NCBI GenBank assembly: GCA_004022145.1
Contig: RCNU01000014.1
From: Paecilomyces variotii
Lineage: Eukaryota
Length of the DNA: 64,000 bases
Reading direction: 5' to 3' (one strand)
Shown here: positions 61,532 through 64,000 of the stretch, in pieces
Layout: each line of letters begins with the position of its first letter
Position numbering within the stretch: position 1 is the stretch's first letter
Position numbers and translations under genes: made by a program
The notes under the pieces: model-generated
Databases searched by the model: none
What the model was told of the DNA's origin: nothing
Seen by the model: the letters and a program-made list of their open reading frames with translations, nothing else

Positions 61532-62422
61532 TCAACGAGTAGTGTAGCCACCGTTGGCAAAGAGGGTCTGGCCTGTGATCCAGGAGCCCTCCGTACAGAG
61601 GAACCGAACCAGAGGGGCGATATCACTCGTCTGTGTCAACCGGCCTCCCATTCCGTTCGCCTTGTGGAACTCGACAGCTTCGGGGGATTCCTGCGGATAG
61701 AAGAATGCTGGAGGGAATAACAAGTTAGGTATTCGTTCATTGACTGAGTTGTAGCCTAATAGTGCATCGGAGACTTACGAGTATCCATGGGTCCAGGAGC
61801 GACTGCATTGACGCTGATCTGGCGTCCTTGAAGCTCCTTCGCAACTCCGCGACTGACAATATCGGCTGCGGCTTTGCTTCCAGCGTAGGAGGTGTAGTAA
61901 CCAGTGAATGCACCCAGCAGGGCAGTGACGATGGTGATAATCTTTCCCCCATCAGAGACGTGCTTTGCTCCGTCTTTGAGGATGAAGAACGCGGTTTTGG
62001 AGTTGATCCTTCACCCACAGCATTAGCGGTCCATTGTTTCTTTTGTTCAACTAATTAAGAACGACTACCACGTACGCGAACATCGAGTCATATTCCTCTT
62101 CACTGATCTCCGTGATGGGTTTCTTCAACACCTTGCCGATCGTGTTGATGACAATGTTGATCTTGCCAAAATCGCCCAGGACCTCTTGGAAGAGTTTGTC
62201 CACAGCCGCAGCCTTGGTCAAGTCGCCCTGGTAAAACGCGACCTTGACATTCGGATACTTCTGCTTCAGCTCCCCTTCGATCTTGGTCGCATCTGCTTTG
62301 GATGACACGGAGTGGTAATGAAGCGCAAGGTGGGCACCAACACTGGCCAGCTGGAATGCAATGTCTGCCCCCAGGTTCTTCACTCCACCGGTGATGAGAG
62401 CTACCTGTCCAGCAAGAGCCAT
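61532..62422 (-). CDS. Short-chain dehydrogenase/reductase
   Basis: Three exons. Motifs ALITGGVKNLG, YxxxK (YAGSK), VNAVAPGPMDTPFF, WITGQTLFANGGYTTR. Confidence 0.92.
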
Positions 62423-63088
62423 CTTGAAGGGTTTGCGACGGAATATATTTCGATTCAACGATAAAGGCGTGTTATAGACAATAGACGTAGAAAGCCTGGG
62501 GAGGATGACAAGAACATGATACCGTATCTTTTATAGGGGCCTTCTCAGATATCCCTAGGAATCGAATTGCTCTGTTCGATTCAGCTGCTGTAGTAGTTCA
62601 TCCAGCATAAAGGTTCCGATGCGTTTTCCTAATCGGGGTATGTGGGGAAAACAAAAAGACATGCTAATTCGCTGTTCATGAGGAGATGCGATGCAATTTA
62701 GGCCTCTGTGGCTGGCGTGCGCACCACTTTTAATGCGGTGGATCTGTGTTTTAGTCTACCCCGAAAACCTTATCTTCCCGATCCTGCGCGATTCCGTGTT
62801 CGAGGCGGATAGTGTTGCCAACAATGATATTTTCAGCTTCCAATGTAATTGCACTTTGTGATCTCATGCATGAAGTGGTTTGTCATTGGGTGTGACCGAT
62901 TCTATATTGTAGCGCCCAGAAAGTATGAGTGCATGACTCGTTCAGTGACGAGATTTCACCGTAGCTTATCGTCTGACAGTCCGCAAACGGATGAATCGAG
63001 CTGTCCGTGAGAAGCATGGTGACCATATGGGAAGCAAATAGTACCATGCTTGAGAATACAGTCCATAGTCATCGTAAATCGTGACACG

Positions 63089-64000
63089 TTAAGTCGCTCC
63101 AAGGAAATGTCCCGGATTAGGTCCAGGTAATGGTTCTCCGAGGACAAAAGTATCGTTGGGAAAGTAGAGTGACGCTCCATTCAGAAAAGCCGAATTCCGA
63201 TCAATCCAGATGCAAATGCGACGAAGGAGGCCATCCAAACCCAGCGAGGCCAACCCACCCCTGAGATCAACCATTTTCACGAGACCCGTCATATGCGTGT
63301 TATAGGTGTCTAAGCTACCAAACATAGCTTCGTAACTGGCCATCTTGGCCACTGCACCGATCACGGCATCGGTCAATGCCCTCTCGGGTTCACGCAAGGC
63401 TTCATTGATCGTGCGGATAGCCTCACATCTGAGCTGCAAAAGATCCGTCTTCATGTCACAGCCACTATATAGAGACGCATAATTCGAAGCTGCGATTAGA
63501 AGTATCACCAAGAAGGGAGCCGGCTCCGTCATCACTAGAGGGAACCATCTGGTCCTCAGGAGGCCAGAGTTACCAGGCTGATCGAGCTCAGGGATATCAA
63601 CAGCCATGCTAATCAGATCTAGTTGGTGTGAGCGTTGATGTCCACTTCTAGCTATCAATCACACATAGAAGAAGAAGATCTAGATAAAGCTAGAACAACT
63701 TACAGTGATCCACGATAGCTGGCATGAAAGGCCTCCAAGCAACGGGATAGGAGCGGAAAGGATCAACGCGCCCGCCACCCAGGATCCTGGGTATGGGCAG
63801 TGTTGAAGATGATGAACTAGAGCCTTGCCAATCTTCACCGTCAATGCCAGTCTTTCGGTTTCCATCCAGAAAGGAACAATCTAGTTCGATACGCAGTGGC
63901 AGAAACTCCTCTCGTCTCTTCTTAGATCGGACCGGTGCGGACTCCGAGCCTCTGTCCTCAAAATGCTTTCTCCATTGGTACCGGGCGACGTGTGACCGCA
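63089..64000 (-). CDS. Fungal transcription-factor-like protein (5' end beyond the window)
   Basis: Frame open from the window edge: RSHVARYQW...GGGRVDPFRSYP...IVDHY. After an intron (63703-63620) it continues HMTGLVKMVDLRGGLASLGLDGLL, typical of fungal-specific TF-associated domains. Confidence 0.75.

Overview
Intron-rich fungal (Eurotiales-like ascomycete) chromosomal segment; exon structures below were read manually from GT..AG sites, branch points and frame continuity, and no database search was run. The left half is mostly conserved core genes: rpb1 (degenerate CTD), swd1, laeA, a WD40 protein, a ral2-like kelch/BTB gene, cdc20 and TFIIA (toa1). It is interrupted by a degraded AT-rich patch at ~17.7-21.1 kb. 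From ~29.8 to ~53.7 kb lies an accessory-looking block. It holds an MDR oxidoreductase/MFS pair, a tail-to-tail pseudokinase + PD-(D/E)XK nuclease pair, a 64-nt poly(A), a kinase pseudogene with a 188-bp tandem duplication, a Soa1/AstA-like transporter, an HNH endonuclease, an L-amino acid oxidase + sulfurtransferase pair, a haloalkane-dehalogenase-like hydrolase, a Na+/H+ antiporter and an ICL/PEP-mutase enzyme. The right end has GH76, phosphofructokinase, an SDR and a truncated transcription-factor-like gene. Most notable observations: (1) a split nuclease/pseudokinase pair reminiscent of Spok/Crinkler-type architectures; (2) an ATG-depleted laeA leader whose single uORF is followed by a branch point and acceptor, so it may be removable by splicing; (3) a long, nested-helix intron in TFIIA; (4) a possible sulfur-scavenging/H2S gene set. 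No tRNA, rRNA, CRISPR array or intact transposase was recognised.
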